Positions 62,755 through 64,000 of a DNA stretch of 64,000 nt are shown here, one piece after another. Where the stretch lies: NCBI GenBank assembly GCA_045612745.1, contig JAZKZQ010000062.1, positions 623 to 64,622 of the forward strand, in the 5' to 3' direction. Position 1 is the first letter of the stretch, and each line of letters opens with the position of its first letter. The position numbers were made by a program, and so were the translations under genes. The notes beneath the pieces were generated by a model. That model was not told the DNA's origin and did not search any database. It saw nothing but the letters and a program-made list of their open reading frames with translations. Origin of the DNA: Cellulosilyticum sp. (GTDB taxonomy: Bacteria; Bacillota; Clostridia; Lachnospirales; Cellulosilyticaceae).

Positions 62755-63684
62755 TTAGAACAGCTTCTTCTTCATCATAATCATTGCGATAATAATTGTT
62801 ACTATAACTGATACAACAATAATGCCTGCAAATGCATGAGGTTGCCCTTCAAACGGTACAGCTACATTCATACCCCAGAAACTACCTATCATTGTTGGTA
62901 CAGCCATAATAATTGTAATAGAAGTAAGTGTCTTCATAGCAATATTTAAGTTGTTTGAAATAATAGATGAGAAAGCATCCATTGTGCCTCCTAAAATATT
63001 ACTATAAATATTTGCCATCTCAATAGCCTGTTTATTTTCAATAATTACATCTTCAAGTAAATCTTCATCTTCAGGATAACGTCTGATAGCTTCCATACGC
63101 ATCATTTTCTCAAGAACGATTTCATTGGCTCTAAGTGATGTAGTGAAGTATACCAAACTTTTTTCCAAATCAAATAGTTGTAGAAGCTCTTTATTTCTCA
63201 TAGATTTATGCAGCTCTGCTTCCATTTGATGACTTAAGCGATCAATATGTCTTAGGTATTGTAAGAAGTAAGATGCGTTTTTATATAATAACTGCAAAAT
63301 AAATCTTGTCTTTTTAAAGGTAAAGAACCCTTTGATTTTACCTGATTTAAAATCTTCTAGTAACTGAATTTCTTGAAGACATGTCGTAATAATATATTTA
63401 TCTCCTATGATGATGGTTAATGGAATAGTCGCATAACCATTATGGTCATCATTTTCTTTAATAGGAACGTCAACGATAATAACAGTACAATTATCATCTA
63501 CCTCTATACGTGCACGTTCCTCTTCATCAAGTGCCGATAAAATATGATTAGTTTCTATATTAAACTCTGATGCAACCTCATTAATCTCTTGAGGTGTCGG
63601 GTTACACAAATTAATCCATGCCCCGTCTTCAAATGCATTTAGCTCTACTAATCCTGTGTCAAATGTTTTATAGATTTCTTTCAT
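62755..63684 (-). CDS. corA: CorA-family magnesium transporter
   Basis: WINLCNPT, ALDEEERAR, SNNLNIAMK, FWGMN (GMN motif), two C-terminal TMs. Confidence 0.93.
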   Translation of the reverse strand: MKEIYKTFDTGLVELNAFEDGAWINLCNPTPQEINEVASEFNIETNHILSALDEEERARIEVDDNCTVIIVDVPIKENDDHNGYATIPLTIIIGDKYIITTCLQEIQLLEDFKSGKIKGFFTFKKTRFILQLLYKNASYFLQYLRHIDRLSHQMEAELHKSMRNKELLQLFDLEKSLVYFTTSLRANEIVLEKMMRMEAIRRYPEDEDLLEDVIIENKQAIEMANIYSNILGGTMDAFSSIISNNLNIAMKTLTSITIIMAVPTMIGSFWGMNVAVPFEGQPHAFAGIIVVSVIVTIIIAMIMMKKKLF

Positions 63685-63823
63685 GCTATCACACCCTCGC
63701 CCTTCACCTTAACTTATTTTTAAAGTAACTTTTTGGGCGAGCATAAGTATGTGCAAAATATGCAAATAAGTTATGCATCATATAAGATACTAATATTTTA
63801 TATGAACTAGTATTTTATATTGG

Positions 63824-63910
63824 CTAAAAAGTTATTTTAAACATAAAATAAGGTGAGTATTTTTTATTTAGTTTTACGCGCATACACCTACAACTCGGTT
63901 CTGCATCCAT
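63824..63910 (-). CDS. Putative corA leader peptide MDAEPSCRCMRVKLNKKYSPYFMFKITF (28 aa)
   Basis: Hand-translated; AGGAGAG RBS upstream of ATG 63910, TAG at 63826-63824; below the ORF track length cutoff. Confidence 0.6.
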   Translation of the reverse strand: MDAEPSCRCMRVKLNKKYSPYFMFKITF

Positions 63911-64000
63911 TTATACTCACTCTCCTATATAGTATTTTTATTTATTTGCTTTTCATACTTAAAGCTTTCCTTCTAATAGTATTTTATTCTTTATCAACTG

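Noticed and set aside
63685-64000. M-box (ykoK) riboswitch upstream of corA
   Set aside because: No M-box consensus or leader terminator recognised within the window; a leader peptide explains the region better

Overview
AT-rich chromosomal segment from an endospore-forming, motile, polysaccharide-degrading clostridial firmicute (gene content suggests a Cellulosilyticum-like lineage; this is an inference). Most genes are on the minus strand. In order: 5' part of mbl/mreB, the sporulation block spoIIID-spoIIQ-spoIID-ywmB, two giant secreted fibronectin-III proteins, an intergenic pair of ~230-275 nt rod-like hairpins, an accessory patch (mutY, Uma2 nuclease, two paralogous membrane proteins, Rpn nuclease, SEC-C protein), a Na+-type F1Fo ATP synthase operon with two different c subunits, wecB, split B12 methionine synthase with metF and a 3-methyladenine glycosylase, cls, FapA-like, plsC, pncB, four chemoreceptors plus an orphan solute-binding lipoprotein, T-box-controlled ileS, a GH74 xyloglucanase, a multi-CBM alpha-amylase and corA. 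No rRNA, tRNA, CRISPR array or intact transposase was seen. Most notable: (1) two inverted, homologous long hairpins (12960-13234 and 13439-13663) whose stems differ by compensatory changes while loops and a TGTTTGAGC...GYGAGTTTT core are conserved, with an abrupt codon/strand-composition shift in the adjacent mutY 3' end; (2) an unannotated 28-aa MgtL-like leader peptide upstream of corA that is embedded in mutually exclusive RNA helices controlling the corA ribosome-binding site; (3) an intragenic antitoxin start in rpn; (4) a hybrid F/V-type c-ring.
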